Below the pieces are notes generated by a model. The model saw only the letters and a list, made by a program, of their open reading frames with translations. It was not told the DNA's origin and did not search any database. Shown here piece by piece: positions 25,401 through 33,103 of a stretch of 38,320 bases of DNA (within the stretch, counting starts at the first letter, position 1; every line of letters starts with the position of its first letter). The stretch lies in IMG/VR virus record IMGVR_UViG_3300029944_000028. One strand, 5' to 3'. A program made the position numbers and the translations under genes. The DNA comes from a virus.

Positions 25401-25930
25401 CCAGTGAAGCGCGAAAAGCCGGTCTGATTTCCGAGTCGTCGATCAAATCAGCTTTGACCGAGGCGAAAGGGGACCTGTTCCTTGCCGCCTGCGCGCTCAG
25501 CTGCACCGCTCGCGAGCTCGACCAGTACATCCGACGCTCCGCTACGCTCCAAGCCTTCGCGGGGGCCGTAGAGCAAGTGAAGATCGACCCGGCGTACTCG
25601 CGACTGAGCACCGAACAGTTCGAAAACCAAGTGGCGGACCTTGCTCGATCCTTCCGGGTAGACGGAATAAAGGAAGTCCATAAACTCGCGACCATGGAGT
25701 TCGGCGATAGCGCCGCCCTCGCCAAAGTCAAACTCGATGCTGCACTCGCGCTTAGCGCTGGTGCTCGTTCGCACGCCGGTAATAGCGAGACTGAGACGGC
25801 CCTCGCTGAATTGAACGCTCTTTATCATGCCAATGCTCCTCGAATCAAAGAGATTCGTCAGACGGTGATAACGCTTCGAGATGATCGGGAAGCGACTCCA
25901 CTAACAATCGAACAGCGGACAAATCCTTAA
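25397..25930 (+). CDS. Helical protein with possible N-terminal HTH, 177 aa (DNA-binding; weak small-terminase candidate)
   Basis: ORF track with balanced composition. The antisense ORF 25279..25731 is S/R/A-rich and rejected. Confidence 0.5.
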   Translation: MTSEARKAGLISESSIKSALTEAKGDLFLAACALSCTARELDQYIRRSATLQAFAGAVEQVKIDPAYSRLSTEQFENQVADLARSFRVDGIKEVHKLATMEFGDSAALAKVKLDAALALSAGARSHAGNSETETALAELNALYHANAPRIKEIRQTVITLRDDREATPLTIEQRTNP

Positions 25931-26675
25931 GCGCGGCTTCCCGGTCCTTTTGTAACTGGCGCCAGTTCGGCGTCTCAGACGGGAAGTGCTGCAAGCGCTT
26001 CATGCTGATATATCCGAATCGCGCTAACTGCCACACAGCCGGTTTGAAGCCCGACTTCGTTATCTCGCGCCGAGGCACGGCACCCCCTTCCAGCCAGGCG
26101 TAAGCCGGAATCAACTCTGAGCGCTCAGGCTTCAAGCGCTTCTCGATGTACCAATACTCGACCGGCTTCAACACGTGCATCATGGCCCCGACTTGCGCGA
26201 CCGGCCAACCGCTTGCTTGCGATAACTCGTCAAGCGACATGTTTCGTCCGCCGCAGTGGAACCAGATGTCTTGCAGGAAGCTGACCGGCGGGTTGCGCAG
26301 GTCTACTTCCTCGTCATAAGCGGTCCAGCTAACCGGGTTTGGGATCACACCGTACTCGGCGTTATCGACGTTCACCGCGGCCAGGCGCTGCATCGTGTAA
26401 GGGCACTCAACCATTACCGTCACATCCTGGCCGCCGGGGGTGAAGTGCGTATCCATCACGAACAGCACCCCGCCGTGCTTCTTCCACTCGCGTACTTGCT
26501 GCTCGGACTGGGGAAGCGCCTTACTGCTCAGGAACGCCGGCAAGTCCACGACGGTGCGCGAGTCGAAGATGATGGGCTTGTGCAGCCACATGGCGCGGTT
26601 CAGCACCACGTGGGTGAAGTCGGCAAGCGCGCGGCGCGTAGACGCCGCTACGTCGGTGGTTGAGTACAGTTTCAT
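25845..26675 (-). CDS. Hypothetical protein, 276 aa (last gene of the leftward operon)
   Basis: ORF track; ATGA coupling with the upstream gene. Confidence 0.65.
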   Translation of the reverse strand: MKLYSTTDVAASTRRALADFTHVVLNRAMWLHKPIIFDSRTVVDLPAFLSSKALPQSEQQVREWKKHGGVLFVMDTHFTPGGQDVTVMVECPYTMQRLAAVNVDNAEYGVIPNPVSWTAYDEEVDLRNPPVSFLQDIWFHCGGRNMSLDELSQASGWPVAQVGAMMHVLKPVEYWYIEKRLKPERSELIPAYAWLEGGAVPRREITKSGFKPAVWQLARFGYISMKRLQHFPSETPNWRQLQKDREAALKDLSAVRLLVESLPDHLEALSPSDESL

Positions 26676-26884
26676 ACCGGCGCGATGTAGTTTCGATAAT
26701 CCGCGTCAAGATCACGCTGATCCTGAAGGCGGCGTTCAGCGTTGACGGCGCGCAGGTTGGCGATGGCTTCTTCAGTATCTTTGCCGTGCTGCATGGCGTC
26801 GAGCGAAGCGCGCTGGTACCACTTCTCGATCTCATCCTTAGCGGCACGGCCGTGCGCCTCGCGGTGTTTATGAACGATGCTCAT
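26672..26884 (-). CDS. Hypothetical protein, 70 aa
   Basis: ORF track; ATGA coupling at both ends. Confidence 0.6.
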   Translation of the reverse strand: MSIVHKHREAHGRAAKDEIEKWYQRASLDAMQHGKDTEEAIANLRAVNAERRLQDQRDLDADYRNYIAPV

Positions 26885-27231
26885 AAATCATACTCCTTGA
26901 CTTCAGGTAGCCCGAGCGCGCGGCGCGCTTCGTTGCGCACTTCCGCCGTCACCGCGTAGCCCAAGTCTTCCGGGTTCAGCAAGCGGCGAGCGAAGGCCCC
27001 GAGATCGCGAATTGCTCTCACGTCATTGGTGAGAGGCTGGTTAGCTTGCGCGCGGACGGCAGCCTCCTTAATAGCGGTATCGAAGGCGGCTCCTGGCGCC
27101 ACAGCGCTGGTCATGTTTTGCTGACTTTGCGGGTACTCAACGATCTTTTCGAGTTGTTTGACGCGTTCTTTTAACGCGGCAAATTCAGCGAAAAACCCTT
27201 CGTACTGAAGACTTGCTATACCGTTCGTCAT
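26881..27231 (-). CDS. Hypothetical protein, 116 aa
   Basis: Track ORF 26881..27297 trimmed to the ATG preceded by AAGGAG. The 22-codon extension has weak third-position GC (the alternative start at 27297 overlaps the SNF2 stop). Confidence 0.55.
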   Translation of the reverse strand: MTNGIASLQYEGFFAEFAALKERVKQLEKIVEYPQSQQNMTSAVAPGAAFDTAIKEAAVRAQANQPLTNDVRAIRDLGAFARRLLNPEDLGYAVTAEVRNEARRALGLPEVKEYDL

Positions 27232-27293
27232 TACTTTCTCCTTCGCAAAATTGCCGGATAAAAACCCCAAAGCAAGCCTTGGGTTTCTGAGAG

Positions 27294-28664
27294 TCATTTT
27301 CGCCTCTTCATCGCTTGCATCAAGATGTCCTGGACCGAACGCTTGCTTTCAAGCCGTTCCATCACATCTAAGTCAAGCGTGCCGTGCGTTAGTATGTAGT
27401 GGATGAAAACCGGACGGTCGTAACCTGACTGGGCTTGTCGCACAGGGCCGATTCGCTCAATGATTTGCATATGCTCTTCGAGGTTCCAATTCACTGAGAA
27501 AAAGACAATGATGTTCCCCCCGTCTTGAAGACTGAGGCCGTGCCCAGCGCTAGCAGGATGAGCAAACAAAACAGGAATTTTCCCGTTGTTCCACTGGCGT
27601 ATAGTTTCTGGATCGGCATCAAGCACGCGGCCGCGAGGAAAAGCGGCAACAAGACGAGCCAAATCATGCTTGAAATGATAAGCAACAAGCACCGGTGCGC
27701 CGCCTGCCTCTTCGATGACATCATCAAGAGCTTGGATCTTGACATCGTGAACCTCCGTCCAATTGCGTTGCTCATCGGTATAGATCGCGCCGTTCGCGAG
27801 CTGGAGACACTTCTGCGTTTTGCTTGCTGTGTTCAGCGCTTCCACTTCGGTCGGTCCGAGATGTCCCTCCAGTTCGAGGAACATCTTCTTTTCCATGTCG
27901 CGATACTGCTGGCGCGCCTTGTGCGGCATCTCGACCGTGATCTTGTTCACGATCGGCACCTTCAAATCGAAGTAGTCCTTCGCATCTAGCGACAAGCACA
28001 CATCGGATATCAAACCCTGGATCTCTGCTTGTGCTGAATCGAGCGGGTCCAGGCCAAACCCGTCGTAGCTCTTCCTGAACCATCGTTGCGAGAAAGCCGT
28101 GAAGGAGGAGCCAAGTCTCTTTCCGCCATCTACAAACCACATCGGCCCCCACAAGTCTTTCAGTCCGTTGGGCGCTGGTGTGCCCGTAAGTCCGATCCAC
28201 CTGTCTACTTTCTTGTGCGCGACTTCCGCGAGTGCCTTGGCGCGCTTCGTGCCTTGTCTCGTGCGGAAGCCCTTCAGCTTCGTCACTTCGTCCGCAACGA
28301 TGGTCCTGAAGGGCCATGGGCGCGGATTATACTTAAACCAGTCTACAAGCCACGGTACGTTTTCATAGTTGATCGTGAATATGGCCGAGTCTTCGCGAAG
28401 AGCTTGTGCGCGCTGCGCAGCATTGCCGACAATCGGTGTGATTGGTAAGTCAAGCTTCCACTTCTTAACCTCGTCAGGCCACGTGCTTTGAGCAACCCGC
28501 AACGGGGCGATTACAAGCGTCGGTGAATCATCCGCGAGTGCAAATGCCTCGATCGCTTTAAGCGTCGATACAGTTTTACCGAGGCCCATGGGGACAAAAG
28601 CATTACAACGCTCCTTATCGAGAATGTGATCAATGATCAGCTTTTGGTAAGGGCGAAGTTGCAT
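27294..28664 (-). CDS. SNF2-family DEAD/H helicase
   Basis: LRPYQ, PMGLGKT (motif I), ADEVTKLK (motif II), and C-terminal helicase motifs (SAGHGLSLQ). Start taken at MQLRPYQ. Confidence 0.85.
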   Translation of the reverse strand: MQLRPYQKLIIDHILDKERCNAFVPMGLGKTVSTLKAIEAFALADDSPTLVIAPLRVAQSTWPDEVKKWKLDLPITPIVGNAAQRAQALREDSAIFTINYENVPWLVDWFKYNPRPWPFRTIVADEVTKLKGFRTRQGTKRAKALAEVAHKKVDRWIGLTGTPAPNGLKDLWGPMWFVDGGKRLGSSFTAFSQRWFRKSYDGFGLDPLDSAQAEIQGLISDVCLSLDAKDYFDLKVPIVNKITVEMPHKARQQYRDMEKKMFLELEGHLGPTEVEALNTASKTQKCLQLANGAIYTDEQRNWTEVHDVKIQALDDVIEEAGGAPVLVAYHFKHDLARLVAAFPRGRVLDADPETIRQWNNGKIPVLFAHPASAGHGLSLQDGGNIIVFFSVNWNLEEHMQIIERIGPVRQAQSGYDRPVFIHYILTHGTLDLDVMERLESKRSVQDILMQAMKRRK

Positions 28665-28744
28665 CAGCAGTGCTCGGCCCCGTACACGATACCCATAGCG
28701 GCACCGGCAAGCGCCGAGAGCAAAATAATGATGAAGATCAGCAT
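28664..28744 (-). CDS. Possible 26-aa hydrophobic peptide
   Basis: ATG 28744 to TGA 28664, MLIFIIILLSALAGAAMGIVYGAEHC. Its start overlaps the VRR-NUC stop and its stop overlaps the SNF2 ATG. Confidence 0.3.
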   Translation of the reverse strand: MLIFIIILLSALAGAAMGIVYGAEHC

Positions 28745-29022
28745 GGCTCACTCCTTAGCGATTGGATGAAGCGATCGACGCCTTCTTTACTGTCGATCAC
28801 GAACACGTTACAACCCGCCGCGAACAACTTCTCATGCTCGCGCGCCTGATCATCTCGCAGCACCTTGCCGGGGGCCTTCAACTCTACGAAGTACACCCAG
28901 CCGAAGTACACCACGATCCGATCCGGCACACCCTTGTGGCCGGGACTTGTGAACTTGCGTTGCAGTCCGCCGACTTCCCGCACGCGGCGAATGAAGTACT
29001 GCTCAATATCCCGTTCCCGCAT
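28738..29022 (-). CDS. VRR-NUC nuclease, 94 aa
   Basis: GVPDRIV...VELK signature of the PD-(D/E)XK VRR-NUC domain. Start at MRERDIEQYF. Confidence 0.75.
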   Translation of the reverse strand: MRERDIEQYFIRRVREVGGLQRKFTSPGHKGVPDRIVVYFGWVYFVELKAPGKVLRDDQAREHEKLFAAGCNVFVIDSKEGVDRFIQSLRSEPC

Positions 29023-29209
29023 GATATTCAATCGCCTTTTCGAGATCAGCTTCGCAAATCGAGATGTCGCGCGCAGCGCGGCGGAAGTCCACGTCGAGCT
29101 TTGCCCGCTGGACAAGATCAAGCCCGCTGGTGTTTTGCATCGCAAACGCGTTAAAGCGCATGCCGGCAAGGCCTAGTGTTTCAGCTATTTTGTAGACATC
29201 GTCGCTCAT
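29003..29209 (-). CDS. Hypothetical protein, 68 aa
   Basis: MSDDVYKIAETLGL.... This is the C-terminal part of track ORF 29003..29410. ATGA coupling upstream. Confidence 0.5.
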   Translation of the reverse strand: MSDDVYKIAETLGLAGMRFNAFAMQNTSGLDLVQRAKLDVDFRRAARDISICEADLEKAIEYHAGTGY

Positions 29210-29379
29210 CCGCGCCACCCAATCAGCAGGCCGATAAGAGCCATCACGATAATGGCGGCGACAAGGCACAGACGTTCGTGCTTGCGGCAAACCGCGATAT
29301 CGTAACGATGATACGGGCCAAACGCCTGCTGTACGCTGCGAGGCGTCGGGCGGTAATGCCGGTTGTCTTTTGAGAACAT
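29206..29379 (-). CDS. Small membrane protein, 57 aa
   Basis: AAGGAG SD, MFSKDNRHYRPTPRS..., C-terminal TM LCLVAAIIVMALIGLLIGW. Confidence 0.5.
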   Translation of the reverse strand: MFSKDNRHYRPTPRSVQQAFGPYHRYDIAVCRKHERLCLVAAIIVMALIGLLIGWRG

Positions 29380-29381
29380 GC

Positions 29382-30027
29382 TTACTCCTTAACAAATTCA
29401 ATGAACTCAATGAACTCGCCCTTCGTGTTCAGGACGTACCACGTGTCAGCTTTGATACCGTTCTCGCCGACATAGGCGACAGCGATGCGCGGTCGGTTAT
29501 CGTCATCCCAGCGTAGTGCGAAGCAGCAACCTTCCGCCCCCCTTGGCGCGCGCCCCTACGCCGGCTGCCATCGCCACACCGTGCTTCCCATTTATTTCCT
29601 GCGTGCTGGAGTAGCCGCTCGCTGCCTGCGTGCTGTGGTCGCCGCTCGCTGCCTGCGTGCTGTAGTAGCTTTCCGTTTCGGTATCCTTGACATCCTTCAC
29701 CAGATCCACCACGAACTCGATTGCGTTGGTTACGATCTGCGGGATGCCGATCTCGGCTTTAACCGTGATTCGGCCAGACGCGATCTTGGAGTCCTGACCT
29801 TCACGGTTCAGTTCACCAGACAACTCGACGACACAGAAACGCGAGTCCGTAACCGGGTAGTACGTCCACATGTCCAACGGGTTCTCGCACGCATGAAAGC
29901 CAGATTCGCACGCAAGCACCTTGCCAGCGTGCTCATAGGTCTTGCCAATCTCATATTGGAAGCCGCGGCATTTCAAGTCCTTATCGAACGCCTTATACGC
30001 CAAGACTACCTTCGTTTCTTGTGTCAT
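29382..30027 (-). pseudogene. DUF7666-like gene split by a frameshift at a G6 run (pseudogene, sequencing error or programmed +1 shift)
   Basis: Frame A (30027 to stop 29503) gives MTQETKVVLAYKAFDKDLKCRGFQYEIGKTYE...GFHACENPLD plus STQAASG repeats. Frame B from the run 29537-29542 to TAA 29382 gives ...RWDDDNRPRIAVAYVGENGIKADTWYVLNTKGEF.... The span is 646 nt, which is 3n+1. Confidence 0.6.
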
Positions 30028-30058
30028 TTTCGTTTCCTTCGGTTGTGTTTGTGATTCC

Positions 30059-30087
30059 ACTATAGCAGTTGCAAAACAGAAAAACAA
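30059..30087 (-). promoter_or_regulatory. Conserved-family promoter, copy 3 (TTGTTT-17-TGcTATAGT), internal to the leftward operon
   Basis: Minus strand reads TGATTGTTTTTCTGTTTTGCAACTGCTATAGTGG, abutting the polymerase stop. Confidence 0.65.
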
Positions 30088-32160
30088 TCACTCTTTTCTA
30101 TAGCGGAAACCCTCGAATCCAGCAGCGGCAAGCGGCAAACCTGGGGCCCAATCGTGCGGCGCTGCCATGAAGTACGAAAGAGTCTTCGCGTCGCGCAGAT
30201 TGTTGTCCGGCGTGTACGTAATCAGTTCATCGTGCACCCGCATACGGATGCTGTAGCCTTGCTTCACGATTCGCGGCATGTGATAGAACATCACGTCGCG
30301 CGCGATCGCCTGACAGAGATTTTCGAACAGCTTGCCGCCATAAGTTGTCAGGCGTTGCCACTTACGCGAATACTGATTCATACCCATGTACGAAATTGAA
30401 TTGCCCGCACGCGGTGCGGCGTAGGACAAATCTCGCCCGCTAGGCAACTTTACGCGCAGCCAATTGTCTTCTCGCCGGAACACGATCATATTCACGCGAA
30501 AGTCAGTGTGCGGTTCATTGATCGCGGCTCCCGCTGCGTCTTCGAGTTTCGCCCAAATCCCGGATATCTTCGGGTTTGCCGCCCGCCACAGGCGTTTGAT
30601 CGAGTCGCAAACACAAAACGTGTCGTGCTCCAGGCCGTACGTGTTTCGCTTCGTGTCAATCGACCAGTTCCAGAAGTTCTCTGCCTCCGCCCATACGTGA
30701 CCAGGAATTGCCTCGCGCCCCACGCGTGCCAGCTCGTCCAAGTCAATGCCGTAAGTCGCGGCTCCGGTCAGGAAGGCCCCTACGCCGCCCGCGTAGGCAA
30801 GCATGAGCTCCATTACCTTCCCGATCTGACGAAGTTTCTTGGTGACCGATCCGGGGCTCACGCGAAACGCTTCCGAGTAAGCCTTGATGTAAAGGTCTGG
30901 CCCGGTCCCCGCGTCGTAATCCCGAAAGGCCTGGAGTTTCCACTCTTCGCCCGCAATCCAGGCCGCGACACGCCCTTCGATGTTCGCCAAGTCCGAGACA
31001 ACAATCTTCCGACCCGGCGGCGCGATAATGACGCCGCGCATCGTGTTCGCGCACAGTTCCATCACGTTGTCGGTCACTAGATCGGCGCAGCCCGCCTTGA
31101 TCGCTTCGATACCGGTTTCGATCTCTTCCGCTTCGAGCGTCGGGCGCATCATATTGCCCATTTGCACCAGGCGGTGAGCGTCGCGACCGGTGCGACCGGC
31201 GCCGTTGAACTGGATGCCGCCCTTCAGGAACCCATCTGAGCTAGTAGACCGGATAATCCGTTTAAACTTTGACACTGAACTTGTGCTGGCCATGAGTCTT
31301 ATAGACAACAGCTCTCGTACACCGTCCGGTAAGGATGAGTCTGCCAGTCGGCGTTCAAGAGTTGCGGATTGCATGTCGGGTAAAGAGACGCCGTGTTCTG
31401 CAAGTATGAATTTGAGAAGGGCGTCTCTTTGAGTGGCTGAAGATACCACTCCGCTCGTGGCGTCGTGAGTTCTTCCCGCGAGCGAAGTTTGCTCCGCGCC
31501 CACTGCTTCAATTGCAGCCTTTGCAAGTTCGAGATCGACATATACACCCTCGTTATTAATTCGTTGGTCGAGTTGCCAAAGTTCCATCTCCTTGGCGTTA
31601 TTCGGGTAATTCCACTTCGGCATCTTCTGATGCAGGATACGCATCGAAGTAATGTCCGACTTCGCGTACTCAACAAACCGCGTCCACTCTTCAGGATGCG
31701 TCTTGCGAGTCTTGCGCCGCAACTTCTGGTTAGCGGGTTGCGGCATGCAAAACATGCGCATGAGTTTGCGGCCTTCCTTGCTCTTCGCGACATCAGCGTC
31801 CAGCTTGAAGATCTCGCAAAGCGTACCGAGTGAGCCGGGCAGCCCGTGGCTGAAGGCTTGCACCATGGTGTCGCGGTGTTGACTTTCGTTTTGCATACGC
31901 GTCTGAAGCGGCGAGATTGCGCGCTTCAGCACAATACGATCAAACATGCCCGAATTATGGCCCCAGTATTCAGTGCAGTTAATCAGTGCCAAGTCCAGAG
32001 TAGTCGGCATTGCTCCCGGCGCTGTCAGGTCCCAACACTGAACCGGACCGTCATCTATCGCCCACGCGAACAGCAGCACTTCAGCCTTTTCCGCGTATCG
32101 GTGCGCGCCGTCGTTAATCGGCGTTTCGGAATAGGTTTCGAGATCCCACCAGAGCTTCAT
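30088..32160 (-). CDS. Family A DNA polymerase with 3'-5' exonuclease domain
   Basis: N-terminal WWDLETYS (Exo I DxE), RVHDELI (motif C HDE). 690 aa, sitting in the DUF2800/DUF2815 replication module. Confidence 0.85.
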   Translation of the reverse strand: MKLWWDLETYSETPINDGAHRYAEKAEVLLFAWAIDDGPVQCWDLTAPGAMPTTLDLALINCTEYWGHNSGMFDRIVLKRAISPLQTRMQNESQHRDTMVQAFSHGLPGSLGTLCEIFKLDADVAKSKEGRKLMRMFCMPQPANQKLRRKTRKTHPEEWTRFVEYAKSDITSMRILHQKMPKWNYPNNAKEMELWQLDQRINNEGVYVDLELAKAAIEAVGAEQTSLAGRTHDATSGVVSSATQRDALLKFILAEHGVSLPDMQSATLERRLADSSLPDGVRELLSIRLMASTSSVSKFKRIIRSTSSDGFLKGGIQFNGAGRTGRDAHRLVQMGNMMRPTLEAEEIETGIEAIKAGCADLVTDNVMELCANTMRGVIIAPPGRKIVVSDLANIEGRVAAWIAGEEWKLQAFRDYDAGTGPDLYIKAYSEAFRVSPGSVTKKLRQIGKVMELMLAYAGGVGAFLTGAATYGIDLDELARVGREAIPGHVWAEAENFWNWSIDTKRNTYGLEHDTFCVCDSIKRLWRAANPKISGIWAKLEDAAGAAINEPHTDFRVNMIVFRREDNWLRVKLPSGRDLSYAAPRAGNSISYMGMNQYSRKWQRLTTYGGKLFENLCQAIARDVMFYHMPRIVKQGYSIRMRVHDELITYTPDNNLRDAKTLSYFMAAPHDWAPGLPLAAAGFEGFRYRKE

Positions 32161-32378
32161 ACGAGGTCCGAATATTGATCTTCAGGTTCGACGGAAAATT
32201 CCGCATGTACTTCGTCTTTTTCGCGCTTCATTTCTGAACCGCGAATTTCGTAAGCGGCCTTTAACGCCACGCCTGCTTTTTCAAACTTCAGTAGGTATTT
32301 CACGCACGACAGAAAAGAACCTTCGTGCACGGCTTTTTTTGTCCCGCAACGATTACGTAATAGGCCATATTTCACCAA
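32157..32378 (-). CDS. Hypothetical protein, 73 aa (AT-richer)
   Basis: ORF track (TTG/GTG start). The stop overlaps the polymerase ATG (ATGA). Confidence 0.45.
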   Translation of the reverse strand: MVKYGLLRNRCGTKKAVHEGSFLSCVKYLLKFEKAGVALKAAYEIRGSEMKREKDEVHAEFSVEPEDQYSDLV

Positions 32379-32490
32379 GTGTAATTAGCAGTTAGCATAT
32401 GCGCACCCTTAACACCGCTCGGTATGGTGCTGCCGCTATTAGTGTTTTCATTTTTGATCTCCTTCAGCAAGCCCCGAAGGGCTTACCGGG

Positions 32491-33093
32491 TTACGCGAGG
32501 TCGTCTTCCGCGTCGATGGCATCGAAACCTTCATCGGAAGGTCGCGATGCGCCGCCGAAGCTGTCGCCCGGACCGTCGAACTGCACGCCCAGGAGCCCGC
32601 AACGCATACCGCTATACGTGCCTGACTGTGCCCACATCTCTACCTTCGCGTTCACATAGCAGCCGGCGTAGATTACGCCTTCGGAACCCGTCAGGCGAAG
32701 CGCTTTACCGAAATGCTTGGAGTCAGGATCGCCATCCTTGATGTTGTGGAGAAAGAGCGGCGCACCGTCCTTCTGCTTGCGAATCGCGGACAGCGCGAAC
32801 ATGTTCTCGAAGCCGTCGTAGATTTCGCCGACTTTGTCTTTCTTGTTTTTGATGTACGAAAACTTGTTTTTGTTCGTGCGCATGTCTTCAAGGAAGGCTT
32901 CAGCCTTTTTGCCCCATGCGGCGGTCGCTTCACCGTTGATCGCGGCCTGAATCGCCTTATCGTTAGCGCTACCCGGCTCAACGATCAGCGTGCACGAGTG
33001 GCGGAAGTCGCCTTGGCCTTCGTACTGCGCCGGCGTGAACAGGTCGTCGATAAACGCGATGCGCACGTGCTTGAGTTGAACAATGGTTCCCAT
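32491..33093 (-). CDS. DUF2815-type phage ssDNA-binding protein
   Basis: VRIAFIDDLFTP start typical of the family by recollection. Acidic C-terminal tail DAIDAEDDLA. Position between nuclease and polymerase. Confidence 0.65.
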   Translation of the reverse strand: MGTIVQLKHVRIAFIDDLFTPAQYEGQGDFRHSCTLIVEPGSANDKAIQAAINGEATAAWGKKAEAFLEDMRTNKNKFSYIKNKKDKVGEIYDGFENMFALSAIRKQKDGAPLFLHNIKDGDPDSKHFGKALRLTGSEGVIYAGCYVNAKVEMWAQSGTYSGMRCGLLGVQFDGPGDSFGGASRPSDEGFDAIDAEDDLA

Positions 33094-33103
33094 GATTTAT
33101 TCC

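Noticed and set aside
25279-25731. 150-aa minus-strand ORF that would extend the leftward operon
   Set aside because: It has S/R/A-rich shadow composition. The plus-strand 177-aa ORF has balanced composition and ATGA coupling to the upstream gene.
29210-29410. N-terminal part of track ORF 29003..29410 (135 aa)
   Set aside because: It has R/P/S-rich out-of-frame composition. The region is better explained by the SD-led 57-aa membrane ORF (29206..29379) coupled by ATGA to the 68-aa ORF.
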